A program made the translations under genes and the position numbers. Below, piece after piece: positions 27,605-36,714 of a DNA stretch of 64,000 nt. Within the stretch, counting starts at the first letter, position 1; each line of letters opens with the position of its first letter. The notes beneath the pieces were generated by a model. The model did no database searches and was not told where the DNA came from. It saw only the letters and a list, made by a program, of their open reading frames with translations. The DNA comes from an uncultured delta proteobacterium (GTDB lineage: Bacteria; Desulfobacterota; Binatia; HRBIN30; BPIQ01): contig CAVXGR010000011.1 in NCBI GenBank assembly GCA_963761335.1, forward strand, positions 480,001 to 544,000, given 5' to 3'.

Positions 27605-29536
27605 ATGGCGGCGCCGGCGACCAGGAAGAGCCGCTCGAGGGAACGACAGGCGCGCGTTCCCCTGCCGGCGCGTTTCGAGCCGCAGCTCGCGACCCTGGTG
27701 AAGACGCCACCCGCGGGCAAGGACTGGCTGCACGAGATCAAGTTCGACGGCTACCGCATCGGCTGCCGGATCGACGGTCAGGACATCCGTCTGATCAGCC
27801 GCAACGGCAAGGATTGGAGCGCGAAGCTCCCCGTAGTGCTCGAGGCCGCGGCGCGACTCGAGACGCGCGGCGCCTGGATCGACGGGGAGGTCGCCGTGGT
27901 GCTCCCCGACGGGCACACGAGCTTTCAGGCGCTGCAGAACTTCTTCGCCGGCGGCGGCACGGGTGAGCTGGTATACTTCGTCTTCGATCTGCTGCATCTG
28001 GACGGCACGGACTTGTCGCGTCTCCCTCTCGAGGAGCGCAAGACGCGGCTGCATCGCTTGGTGCGCCGTGTGAACGGGCGCACCGCCATCCGCTACGCCG
28101 AGGATTTCTCCGGCGGCGGACCGGAGTTCTTCGCGGAGGCCTGCCACCTCGGCCTCGAGGGTGTGGTCTCGAAGCGCCGCTCCGGCATCTACCAGGCCGG
28201 GCGCAGCCGCGAGTGGCTGAAGGCCAAGTGTATCCGACGGCAGGAGTTCGTCATCGGCGGCTTCACCGACCCCGAGGGATCGCGCGCCGGCCTCGGGGCG
28301 CTGCTGGTCGGTGTGCAGCACGACGGCAAGCTCTGGTACTCGGGAAAGGTCGGCACCGGCTTCACGCAGAAATCCGCCACCGAGCTGCGCGCCCGCCTCG
28401 AGGCTCTGGAGCGGAAGACCTCGCCGTTCGCGGCACCGCCGTCCGGGCGCCTCGGCCGCGAGGCGCACTGGGTGAAGCCGTCACTGCTCGCCGAAGTGAC
28501 GTTCGCCGAATGGACCGGTGACGGCAAGATCCGCCACTCGTCGTTCCAGGGACTGCGCGAGGACAAGATGCCGGACGACATCGTACGCGAGGAGCCCGCC
28601 CCGCAGCCGCCAGCTTCGGGCAATCCCGGTCGCAAGGGCAGCGCCGCCGAGGTCGCCGGTGTGCGTCTGACGCATCCCGAGCGCATCCTGTATCCCGACA
28701 TCGGCTTCACCAAGCTCCAGCTGGCGAAGCTCTACGAGGGCATCGCCGAGTGGATCATGCCGCACGTGGTCGGCCGGCCCCTGACCCTGGTGCGCTGCCC
28801 GAAGGGGATCGGCAGTGCCTGCTTCTACATGAAGCACGCGCACGCCTATGCCCCCGAGCCGCTGCGGCGCATCCGCATTCAGGAGAAGGAAAAGACAGGG
28901 GAGTACCTGATCGCCGACTCGATCGCGGCGGTCGTCGGCCTGGTGCAGATGGACGTCCTCGAGCTGCACACATGGAACTCCACCGAAGCACATCTCGAGC
29001 AACCCGACCGCATCGTCCTCGACCTCGACCCCGGACCGCGCGTCGCCTGGCCGCAGGTGCTCGAGGCGGCGCGGCTGGTGCGCGGCATCGCCGACGTCCT
29101 CGAGCTGAAGAGCTTCGTGAAGACCACCGGCGGCCACGGCCTGCACGTAGTGGTGCCGCTGGCGCCGAAGGCGACGTGGGCGGAGTGCCTCGAGCTGGCC
29201 CGCGCCATCGCCAAGGCGATCGAGCGCCAGAGCCCCCGCCGCTACACCACCGCCTTCCCCAAGGCCGGACGCGAGGAGAAGATCCTCATCGATTACCTGC
29301 GCAACAACCGCACCAACACCTCGGTGGTGTCCTACTCCACGCGCGCCCGCCCGCAGGCGCCGGTGTCCGTTCCCCTCGACTGGGACGAGCTCGGCCCCCG
29401 CCTGCGCTCCGACCACTACACGGTGCGAAATCTGTCGCAACGCCTGTCGAGATTGAAGCAGGATCCCTGGAAGGCGTACTGGAAGTGCCGCCAGAAGATC
29501 CCCGCCAAGGCCGTCGAGGCCCTGGCGGAGATCTGA
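27605..29536 (+). CDS. ligD: DNA ligase D (ligase + primase-polymerase domains, no phosphoesterase domain)
   Basis: EIKFDGYR, DGEV, FDLL, LEGVVSKR, WLKAK, GKVGTGF; PDRIVLDLDP, KTTGGHGLHV, IDYLRN. Confidence 0.93.
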   Translation: MAAPATRKSRSRERQARVPLPARFEPQLATLVKTPPAGKDWLHEIKFDGYRIGCRIDGQDIRLISRNGKDWSAKLPVVLEAAARLETRGAWIDGEVAVVLPDGHTSFQALQNFFAGGGTGELVYFVFDLLHLDGTDLSRLPLEERKTRLHRLVRRVNGRTAIRYAEDFSGGGPEFFAEACHLGLEGVVSKRRSGIYQAGRSREWLKAKCIRRQEFVIGGFTDPEGSRAGLGALLVGVQHDGKLWYSGKVGTGFTQKSATELRARLEALERKTSPFAAPPSGRLGREAHWVKPSLLAEVTFAEWTGDGKIRHSSFQGLREDKMPDDIVREEPAPQPPASGNPGRKGSAAEVAGVRLTHPERILYPDIGFTKLQLAKLYEGIAEWIMPHVVGRPLTLVRCPKGIGSACFYMKHAHAYAPEPLRRIRIQEKEKTGEYLIADSIAAVVGLVQMDVLELHTWNSTEAHLEQPDRIVLDLDPGPRVAWPQVLEAARLVRGIADVLELKSFVKTTGGHGLHVVVPLAPKATWAECLELARAIAKAIERQSPRRYTTAFPKAGREEKILIDYLRNNRTNTSVVSYSTRARPQAPVSVPLDWDELGPRLRSDHYTVRNLSQRLSRLKQDPWKAYWKCRQKIPAKAVEALAEI

Positions 29537-29607
29537 GACGAGAAGGCTTCGGCGGGCGGCCAGATGGCCGCGCTCCCAGGGGCGCGGGCGTGTAGCCCCG
29601 GGGCGAA

Positions 29608-30032
29608 AGAGGCCGTCTCAAAATCCGGGAAAAACGATTCCGCCGGCCCCGCCGGCCAAGGTAGAAGCGGCGTCTCGCCGCCTCGGAAAGCGCCGGGACG
29701 GCGCTTCTACTCCGGCCCGCCGGCCCTCGGGCCAAGGTAGAAGCGGCGTCTCGCCGCCTCGGAAAGCGCCGGGACGGCGCTTCTACTCCGGCCCGCCGGC
29801 CCTCGGGCCAAGGTAGAAGCGGCGTCTCGCCGCTTCGGAAAGCGCCGGGACGGCGCTTCTACTCCGGCCCGCCGGCCCTCGGGCCAAGGTAGAAGCGGCG
29901 TCTCGCCGCCTCGGAAAGCGCCGGGACGGCGCTTCTACTCCGGCCCGCCGGCCCTCGGGCCAAGGTAGAAGCGGCGTCTCGCCGCTTCGGAAAGCGCCGG
30001 GACGGCGCTTCTACTCCGGTTGAGACAGCCTC
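29608..30032. repeat. MITE-like element enclosing 5 x 76-bp tandem units (50-bp family D REP + invariant 26-bp linker)
   Basis: GTAG at 29661, 29737, 29813, 29889, 29965; bounded by gaggccgtctcaa / ttgagacagcctc. Confidence 0.92.
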
Positions 30033-30088
30033 GAAAGCCCGCGGAACCCGTGGGTGCCCCCAGCCGCGCCCCGCCAGGGGCGCGGGCG

Positions 30089-31921
30089 TCACCACGGGTA
30101 CTTGTCGTACGGGTAGTCGGCGCAGGGCTCGCGGCTGGCGTAATCGTCTCTGCTGAAGGAGACCGACCATTCCGCCAGGTCGTGGTACACCATGCAGCGC
30201 TCCCGCGGCGAGGTGAGCCGCGGGTCGGCCTCGACGGCCTCGAGCACCGCGGCGGCGGTGACCGTCTGCCTCGATATCTGCAGGCCCCCGCCCTCGGGCG
30301 TGTCGAAGACGATGTAGCCAGGACCCGCGTCCTGCCAGCGCTTCCATTCCGGCAACGAGCCATCGCGACCGCGGCCGGGGTTGCCGCTGTAGGCGAGCTG
30401 TGCCCAGTACGACATCATCTCCGCCGAGAGCGCCTGTCGCCCCGGCGCATTCTTCTCGGTGAAGATGGCGTCACCCGCCTTGCCCAGCTCGAAATGGCCG
30501 AAGACGAAGGGAATCTCGAAGCCGTGGGCGGCGCCCAGCATCATCGAGAGATCGGCGCCGAGCACGTGCGGCTCCTCGTCCCAGTCGAAGCGATACACCC
30601 AGACGCCGGGGGCGCCGCTCGCCGCCATCGCCGCCGCCGGCTCGTCGGCGCCGTTCGCCTTCCACATCTTCGCCAGGTACTCGGCGGTGACGTTGTACAT
30701 CTTCTCGTCCCGCAGCCGCGGGATGAACCACAGAAACTTCCGCACCCAGTGGGGGTCGTTGAACATGAAGAGCTTGTTCTCGTCGCGGTTGGTTCCGAGA
30801 ATCACCGGCACGTGGTTGTAGCCGTCGGGACGCGAGAGCGCCTGCATCGGCTCCTCGCTCGGCAGCACCACGCCGTCGCGGAACAGCTTCGGCATCCGGA
30901 ACATCCCGGCTCCGGGCATGGGGGTGTAGACGGTGAGAATGTCGAAGGCCTTCTTGCCGCGCAGATAGCTCTCCACCTCGGCGGCGCTCATCGCCGCGAG
31001 CCGTGCCTTGGCGGCGGCGCGATCGCCGGCGCCGTCGCGCTGCAACAGCCGCAGCAGCACCTCGTTGGAGCTGTTCTCGGCGCCCGCTTCGGCGTCGTCG
31101 GTGAAGTTCTCCGCAGAGGTCACATCGCTGAAGCCCAACCCGCCGCTCTCGACGATGGCGCGGTGGAAGAGACCGTGCGCCTGCGGAGACAGGAGCATGG
31201 TGTAGGTGTTGGTTCCCCCCGCCGACTCGCCGAAGACAGTGACGTTGCCGGGATCGCCCCCGAATGCGGAGATGTTGTCGCGCACCCACTCCAGGGCGCG
31301 CACCAGGTCGAGAGTGCCGAAGTTGCCGGAGCGGTCCAGATCGCTGGTGCCGGAGCCGCGCAGGGAGGCGTGACGGAACCAGCCGAAGGGACCCAGGCGA
31401 TAGTTGAAGGTGATGACGATGACGTCCTCGGTGGCGGCGAGATTGCCGCCGTCGTAGAAGCCGCCCTCGCCGATGGTGTTGCCGCCGCCGTGGATCCACA
31501 CCATGACCGGCAGACGCTTCTCCCCGGTCGGCACCTCGGCGGCATCGAAGCGCGGCGCCCAGACGTTCAGGTACAGGCAATCCTCGCTGCCGACCGGCTG
31601 CCCCGGCGGCGCCGTGGCGACGCCGCCGAAGATGCTGGAGTACTGCACGCAGGGAGAGCCAAAGGCGAGCGCCTCGTGGGTCCCGGCCCAGGTTCCGGGC
31701 GGCCGCGGCGCACGCCAGCGCAGATCGCCGACCGGCGGCGCCGCATAGGGGATTCCCAGCCACGCATGGCTGCCATAGTGGCTGACGAAGCCGAGCACCT
31801 CGCCCGACCAGATCACCCGCCGCGATGCCGGGTCGGCAACCGGTTGCTTCACCTCGGCGCGGCGGCAGGCGGAACACGTCAGCAGGCTTGCCGCGATTGC
31901 GATCAGCGTCAGCCGTCTCAT
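30089..31921 (-). CDS. Type-B carboxylesterase, secreted or lipoprotein
   Basis: GIPYAAPPVGDLRW, SEDCLYLNVW, WIHGGG, FGESAGG, GAAHGFE. Confidence 0.93.
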   Translation of the reverse strand: MRRLTLIAIAASLLTCSACRRAEVKQPVADPASRRVIWSGEVLGFVSHYGSHAWLGIPYAAPPVGDLRWRAPRPPGTWAGTHEALAFGSPCVQYSSIFGGVATAPPGQPVGSEDCLYLNVWAPRFDAAEVPTGEKRLPVMVWIHGGGNTIGEGGFYDGGNLAATEDVIVITFNYRLGPFGWFRHASLRGSGTSDLDRSGNFGTLDLVRALEWVRDNISAFGGDPGNVTVFGESAGGTNTYTMLLSPQAHGLFHRAIVESGGLGFSDVTSAENFTDDAEAGAENSSNEVLLRLLQRDGAGDRAAAKARLAAMSAAEVESYLRGKKAFDILTVYTPMPGAGMFRMPKLFRDGVVLPSEEPMQALSRPDGYNHVPVILGTNRDENKLFMFNDPHWVRKFLWFIPRLRDEKMYNVTAEYLAKMWKANGADEPAAAMAASGAPGVWVYRFDWDEEPHVLGADLSMMLGAAHGFEIPFVFGHFELGKAGDAIFTEKNAPGRQALSAEMMSYWAQLAYSGNPGRGRDGSLPEWKRWQDAGPGYIVFDTPEGGGLQISRQTVTAAAVLEAVEADPRLTSPRERCMVYHDLAEWSVSFSRDDYASREPCADYPYDKYPW

Positions 31922-32090
31922 GAGAGCCCCCTCTCTCCCCGGCGTAACGACCCCGAGGTGGAGAAGGCATATGCGCCTGCGCGCCCCCGTTCAAGAGACG
32001 AGGGAAAAGACGGGTGTTGGGTGTTGGGTGTTGAGGTGTTGGGCGTTGGGACCGGGTCTGCCCAACGGGATGCCCGTTGGCTGCGGGCGC

Positions 32091-32173
32091 GTTGTTGGTT
32101 GCTACGTTGTTAGGTTGTTAGGTCAGTTCACCCCTTCTTGCCAACAACCAACAACGCAACAACCCAACAACCT
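32091..32173. repeat. Dispersed element of about 85 bp made of inverted GTTGTTAG/CAACAACC 7-8-mer repeats
   Basis: Near-identical at 34957-35039 and reversed at 35760-35845; related at 61350-61462. Confidence 0.85.
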
Positions 32174-32256
32174 GCGGCGGCGCATCTTCTACCTTGACAG
32201 CCTGAGAGGGAGAGGGCAGCAGTTGATGAGATGTGCTCGCGCCTCACCGACCAGGT

Positions 32257-33117
32257 ATGGCGATGCGAGTCGAGCGGCTGGCGCCGGCGGCGAGAGCACC
32301 GGCGGTGAACTCGACGTCGCTGCGGCTGCTGTCGTGGAATCTCCACGGGCCGCCCTTGGCACCGCGGCGGCGCCAGCGCATGCGCGCCGCGGCCGCGCGC
32401 CTTCGCGAGGAGAGCCCCGACCTGCTGGTGCTTCAGGAGGTGTGGCTGCGCCAGGACGAGCGCCAGCTCACCCGCGCCCTGGATGCGGATTTCGCGCCCT
32501 TGCCCATGCCCGCGGGAGGCTGGCCCCTGCGCCGCTCGGGGCTTCTCTCCTATCGCCGGCGCGCCTCGGCCTGGGAGGTGAGCGCCCTGCGCCTGCACTC
32601 CTTCCAGCGCGCCGCTCCGGCGTGGCGCATCTGGGAAGGCGACGGCCTCGGACGCAAGGGCGTCCTCGAGATCCGCATCCGCAACGCCGACGCGGAGGTC
32701 GCCGTGCTCGGCGCCCACCTGCAGGCGGCATACGTCGGCAACGAGCACACCGCGGTGCGCGCTGCGCAGCTCCAGCAGCTCGAGGCGCTGGCGACGCGCC
32801 TTTCACAGGAGGTGCCGGTGATCGTCGTCGGCGATCTCAACACCCAGCCGCACGAGCCCATCTTCGCCCATCTCGCCGGCGGCACCGATCTCACTCGGCC
32901 GCTGCGCGCCGCCGGAAAGTGCGACACCCATCTGGGCGGCGACGGCACCCACGGCGGCTGGCTCGACTACATCATCGGCTACCCGCATCGGGACTGGCGG
33001 GTCGGCGCCGAGGATCTCCGCCTCATCGAGAACGAGGCGCCCGATCATCCCTACTCCGATCACCACGCCGTGGCGGCGCACATCCGCCTGCTAGCACGAC
33101 CCGTTGACATTGGCTGA
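32257..33117 (+). CDS. Endonuclease/exonuclease/phosphatase family protein (sphingomyelinase-like)
   Basis: SWNL, LQEVW, SGL, KGVL, HLQA, GDLN, LDYI, SDH; start approximate. Confidence 0.85.
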   Translation: MAMRVERLAPAARAPAVNSTSLRLLSWNLHGPPLAPRRRQRMRAAAARLREESPDLLVLQEVWLRQDERQLTRALDADFAPLPMPAGGWPLRRSGLLSYRRRASAWEVSALRLHSFQRAAPAWRIWEGDGLGRKGVLEIRIRNADAEVAVLGAHLQAAYVGNEHTAVRAAQLQQLEALATRLSQEVPVIVVGDLNTQPHEPIFAHLAGGTDLTRPLRAAGKCDTHLGGDGTHGGWLDYIIGYPHRDWRVGAEDLRLIENEAPDHPYSDHHAVAAHIRLLARPVDIG

Positions 33118-33145
33118 CCACTGTCCTCACGCCCCGGCGAGCGAG

Positions 33146-33293
33146 GGTTCCCTCTCCCGCATCTTTTCGCGGGAGAGGGTCAGGGTGAGGGTTCCGATCT
33201 CTCTGAACGGCGCAATACTCATGGACTTTCAGTGAGGAAGGAACCCCTCACCTTGATCCTCTCCCCGCGAAAAGATGCGGGGAGAGGAAACCC
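33146..33293. repeat. Repeat family B: two inverted CCCTCACC..CCTCTCCC..GGGAGAGG hairpins around a spacer of about 50 bp
   Basis: Copies at about 10648-10793, 40682-40825, 52711-52835 and 56292-56451. Confidence 0.85.
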
Positions 33294-33358
33294 TTGTGCG
33301 ATGCGGGCAGGAAATTACTGCGGGGTCGGCAGAGCAAATTAGACACTACCGGGCGCTC

Positions 33359-33886
33359 CTACTCCGGCCCCTCGTCGGGCGGACCGCGCCGTCCACCCGG
33401 AGAGCGATTGTGCCGCTGCTTCTCCATCTCCTCGTGGATCTTCACCATCTCCTGTCGCTGCTCCGGGGTGAGCAGGGCGCGGATCTGCAACATCGTATGC
33501 AGCCGCTGCTTGCTGAGCTGCGTCTGCAGCTCGCCGATGCGTTCGGCCTGGCGCATCACCGCGGCTTCATCGGGGATGTCCTGCTTCAGGAGCTGCCGCA
33601 TCTCTTCGCGCAGCGGCCGCAGGTGCTCGCGTATCTGCTGCTCGCCGGCGCGCGCCGTCTCGGCGATGGTCTGAATGCGCGCCTGGGTCGCCTCGTCGAG
33701 CTTCAATCGATCGGCATAGCGCTCGAGGATGCGCTCGAATGGCGGCGGCCCATGGCGGTGCGGTCCGCCGCCGCCGGGCGGAAGGCCGTCGTCGCCCGCC
33801 CAGGCGACGGTGGCGGCACCGAGGGCTGCGGCGAGCACCCAGGTGATCGCCAGCACCGTGGCGGAACGCAGTCGCGTCTCTTTCAT
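33359..33886 (-). CDS. Spy/CpxP family periplasmic protein
   Basis: Signal peptide, Gly/His-rich segment, LKLDEATQ, LLTPEQ (LTxxQ). Confidence 0.85.
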   Translation of the reverse strand: MKETRLRSATVLAITWVLAAALGAATVAWAGDDGLPPGGGGPHRHGPPPFERILERYADRLKLDEATQARIQTIAETARAGEQQIREHLRPLREEMRQLLKQDIPDEAAVMRQAERIGELQTQLSKQRLHTMLQIRALLTPEQRQEMVKIHEEMEKQRHNRSPGGRRGPPDEGPE

Positions 33887-33900
33887 CCCGATCGACCTCC

Positions 33901-34326
33901 TCAGCTGCCCAGGAACACGCTCTCGATCGCCTGGTAATCGTCGGGGAGCGCCTCGTCCGTCTCCGCACTCGGCTCCGCCAGCATCGCCAGCAGAGCCTGC
34001 TCAGGCGTGTGGAGAGAGGCGACGGCGGCAGTCCCCGGCGTCGAGGCGGACTGCGGGAGCGGCTGTACGATCTGATCGCCCGTCCAGGTGCGCACGGTGA
34101 CCAGAAGGGCGAGCGCCGCGACGGCGGCGAGCCCGGCGAGGGGGACGCGCCGGCCGCGGCGGCGCCGCTGCTCGAGCCGTCGCTCGAGGGCGGCGTTGAA
34201 GGCGACGCGACGGGAAGGCGACAGAGGCGATACCGCGTAGGCATCGGCCAGGCGGCGCACGAACTCCTCCTCCGCGGCCGTCAGGCGCACCTCGTCGCGG
34301 CCCTTGATCTCTGTCCGCTCAGTCAT
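33901..34326 (-). CDS. Putative single-pass anti-sigma factor
   Basis: Overlaps the ECF stop codon; short cytoplasmic N-terminus, basic patch, one TM. Confidence 0.65.
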   Translation of the reverse strand: MTERTEIKGRDEVRLTAAEEEFVRRLADAYAVSPLSPSRRVAFNAALERRLEQRRRRGRRVPLAGLAAVAALALLVTVRTWTGDQIVQPLPQSASTPGTAAVASLHTPEQALLAMLAEPSAETDEALPDDYQAIESVFLGS

Positions 34327-34903
34327 GACTCACCGTCTCCGCTGCCGGCCACAGGTCGGCCAGGTCCTGGCGCAGGGACTGGAGCGCGCGGTGGAGGTGG
34401 GACTTCATGGTGCCCACGGCTCTGCCGCTCAGCTCGGCGGCCTCGCGAACGGTGAAGCCTTCGAGGTGGACGAGGACGAAGGCCTCGCGTTGGCCGCGTG
34501 GCAGGCGATCGAGCGCCGCGCTGATCCGCCGCCGCAGGCCGGGGTCGCCCGTATGCGCGGCTCGCGGATCCTCGGGGTCATCGGGCACCTCGCCGGCGAG
34601 GCGCTGTCTCACCCACCGCCAGCGGCGGTATCGCTGCGCCTCGTTGACGAGAATTCTGTAGAACCATGTGCTCATTTCCGCTTCGGCTCGATAGCGGTCG
34701 AGGCCGCGGTAGGCGCGCAGAAAGGCCTCCTGGGCCACGTCCTCGGCCGCCTGCTGGTCGCCGCCGATCAGCCGCCAGGCCATACCGACGGCCCGTTCCC
34801 GCTGCTCCGCGACCAATTCGCCGAAGCGCCGCTCGCGGTCAGCTTCAATCTCGGTCACGCCTTCTCCGGCCGACGCCCACAGTATCGAGCTCAGTTCGGA
34901 CAT
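34319..34903 (-). CDS. ECF RNA polymerase sigma factor
   Basis: AEDVAQEAFLRAY, STWFYRILVN (region 2); LPRGQREAFVL...GTMKSHLHRA (region 4). Confidence 0.93.
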   Translation of the reverse strand: MSELSSILWASAGEGVTEIEADRERRFGELVAEQRERAVGMAWRLIGGDQQAAEDVAQEAFLRAYRGLDRYRAEAEMSTWFYRILVNEAQRYRRWRWVRQRLAGEVPDDPEDPRAAHTGDPGLRRRISAALDRLPRGQREAFVLVHLEGFTVREAAELSGRAVGTMKSHLHRALQSLRQDLADLWPAAETVSHD

Positions 34904-34917
34904 GGATACTCGACCTG

Positions 34918-34947
34918 TTTGACCCGCGACAAGCAAGAGGGGTTTAC
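34918..34947 (-). promoter_or_regulatory. Candidate ECF promoter GTAAACC-N15-GGGTCAAA
   Basis: Same motif and spacing as 35609-35638; directly upstream of the sigma gene. Confidence 0.6.
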
Positions 34948-35113
34948 TGCGGGCGGGTTGTTGGTTGCTACGTTGTTAGGTTGTTAGGTCAATTCACCCC
35001 TTCTTACCAACAACCAACAACGCAACAACCTAACAACCTTCGGTGGTGGCACCGTGGGCTCGATTCGTCGGGCAGCCGGGGGTTTCAACCCCCGGCTATG
35101 CGAGTGGGCGGCC

Positions 35114-35575
35114 TCAGGAGGCCGGTTGGTCCGGCGCGCCGCGCTGGAAGTGTTTGTGGAGCTGCTGCCACTGATCGGCGGTGAGCAGCTTGCGGACCTG
35201 AAGCAGGTTCTGCAGCATCGACTTGCGCATCTCCGTCTGCAGCGCCCCGAGGGTATCCGCCTGGGCGAGGACCGCGTTCTCGTCGGGGTTGTCCTGCGCC
35301 AGGAGCTCGCGCATCTGCTTGCGCGCCGCGTGGAGCTTGTCCCGCGTCGCCTGCGCGTCCTGCTTCGCCTGGTCGATGATGTCGTGCACCGACTTCTGCG
35401 TCGCCGCGTCGAGACCGAGGCGATCGATGCGGCGCTCGATGTGCCTCAGCCGCGACCCGTCGTGACAGCCGCCGCCGGGGCCGCCGCGATGCGCCTGCGC
35501 CACCGCCGGTGCCAGCAGGGCGAAGGCGCCAATCAGCGCCACCGCGCTACCCATCCAACGAAATACTCTCTTCAT
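35114..35575 (-). CDS. Spy/CpxP family periplasmic protein
   Basis: AQA signal peptide, LGLDAATQ, LLTADQ; GAGGAGG RBS. Confidence 0.87.
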   Translation of the reverse strand: MKRVFRWMGSAVALIGAFALLAPAVAQAHRGGPGGGCHDGSRLRHIERRIDRLGLDAATQKSVHDIIDQAKQDAQATRDKLHAARKQMRELLAQDNPDENAVLAQADTLGALQTEMRKSMLQNLLQVRKLLTADQWQQLHKHFQRGAPDQPAS

Positions 35576-35608
35576 TGCTCTCCTCCTCTGGTTTTAGGTT
35601 CTGTCGGA

Positions 35609-35638
35609 TTGGACCCCCTCACCCCGGATTCGGTTTGC
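35609..35638 (-). promoter_or_regulatory. Candidate ECF promoter GCAAACC-N15-GGGTCCAA
   Basis: Same motif and spacing as 34918-34947; upstream of the Spy gene. Confidence 0.6.
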
Positions 35639-36038
35639 ATGGAGTGGAATCGCTTGAATGGAAGACGACGGAAGCAGCTCATTTGCCCCCGGCGCGCGCC
35701 GTGATCACAGCCTGGGGGTGGCTTTGCCCAACGAGTCGAACGGACGGTGCCACCGTCGAAGGTTGTTAGGTTGTTGCGTTGTTGGTTGTTGGTAAGAAGG
35801 GGTGAACTGACCCAACAACTTACAACGTAGCAACCAACAACACCTGCCCGCAGCCAACGGACATCCCGTTGGACAAAGCCGCCTGGGGGTTTCAGAGGCT
35901 GTCTCAAAACCGTGCCCGCGCCCGTGCCCCTGCCCGTCCTGGGAGCGGCCAAGAAAGACGGGCACGGGCACGGAACAGCTCGGGTGAAGCGTCCATATGT
36001 CGAGCACTTGCAGCGGTCCGATCGAATGAGTGCTCGGC

Positions 36039-36224
36039 TCAGCTGCAGAGCGACATGAGGCGTTCGAGCGTATACGGTCGCAGGCCATCGGTACGTCCGG
36101 CGCAGTAGCGGTTGAACAGGTCTTCCGGCGTCGGGTGCTCGATCACAGCAAGGCCGGAGCGTCTCGCAAGCGCTTCCATCTCGTCTGGCGCGAGCCGCGT
36201 CAAGGCTGCCTCCCAGTGTTTGGC
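36039..36224 (-). pseudogene. Probable C-terminal remnant of a class I SAM-dependent (LCM-like) methyltransferase
   Basis: Own translation AKHWEAALTRLAPDEMEALARRSGLAVIEHPTPEDLFNRYCAGRTDGLRPYTLERLMSLCS*, preceded by an in-frame stop; resemblance from memory only. Confidence 0.45.
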
Positions 36225-36381
36225 TCACGAAGTCGGTGGGCACGAGAATATGGCATTCGCTCATCGGAAGCGCGAGAGCGGCGACGCGTTCCAGCTTCCA
36301 ACACCGGGGGACACGGACAAAAGACCAACAATCGGGCAACGCCGAGAAGAGAGTCGCTGCGTAAATGCTTGAAAAGAAAAG

Positions 36382-36454
<73 letters not shown>

Positions 36455-36554
36455 ACACGTGGGTTGGCGGGCGGGTGTTGCAGTGGGCGGAGGGTACCAG
36501 GGAGGGGGGCGAATTTCAAACGCAGTGGGAATGATTTCGGGGGGTTCAGGGCGG

Positions 36555-36670
36555 GAGAATGTAGAATGGAGAACCGGTGACCGGTGATGGAGAACCGGTC
36601 AATGATCGTGCAACCGTTTGCCGGTTTTTCATCACCGGTCACCGGTTCTCCATTTTACATTCTCTTCTCT
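36555..36670. repeat. Inverted-repeat element (GAGAATGTA(G/A)AATGGAGAACCGGTGACCGG / complement), empty form
   Basis: Same arms flank the 132-bp array at 48703-48748 and 49961-49997. Confidence 0.82.
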
Positions 36671-36714
36671 CCCCCGCTCTTGCCCGCCCGGCCTCGGCGC
36701 GTCAATGATGGCGC

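Noticed and set aside
29661..30014. CRISPR array (50-bp palindromic repeat + 26-bp spacer)
   Set aside because: Linkers are identical, the repeat occurs singly elsewhere, and there are no cas genes in the window.
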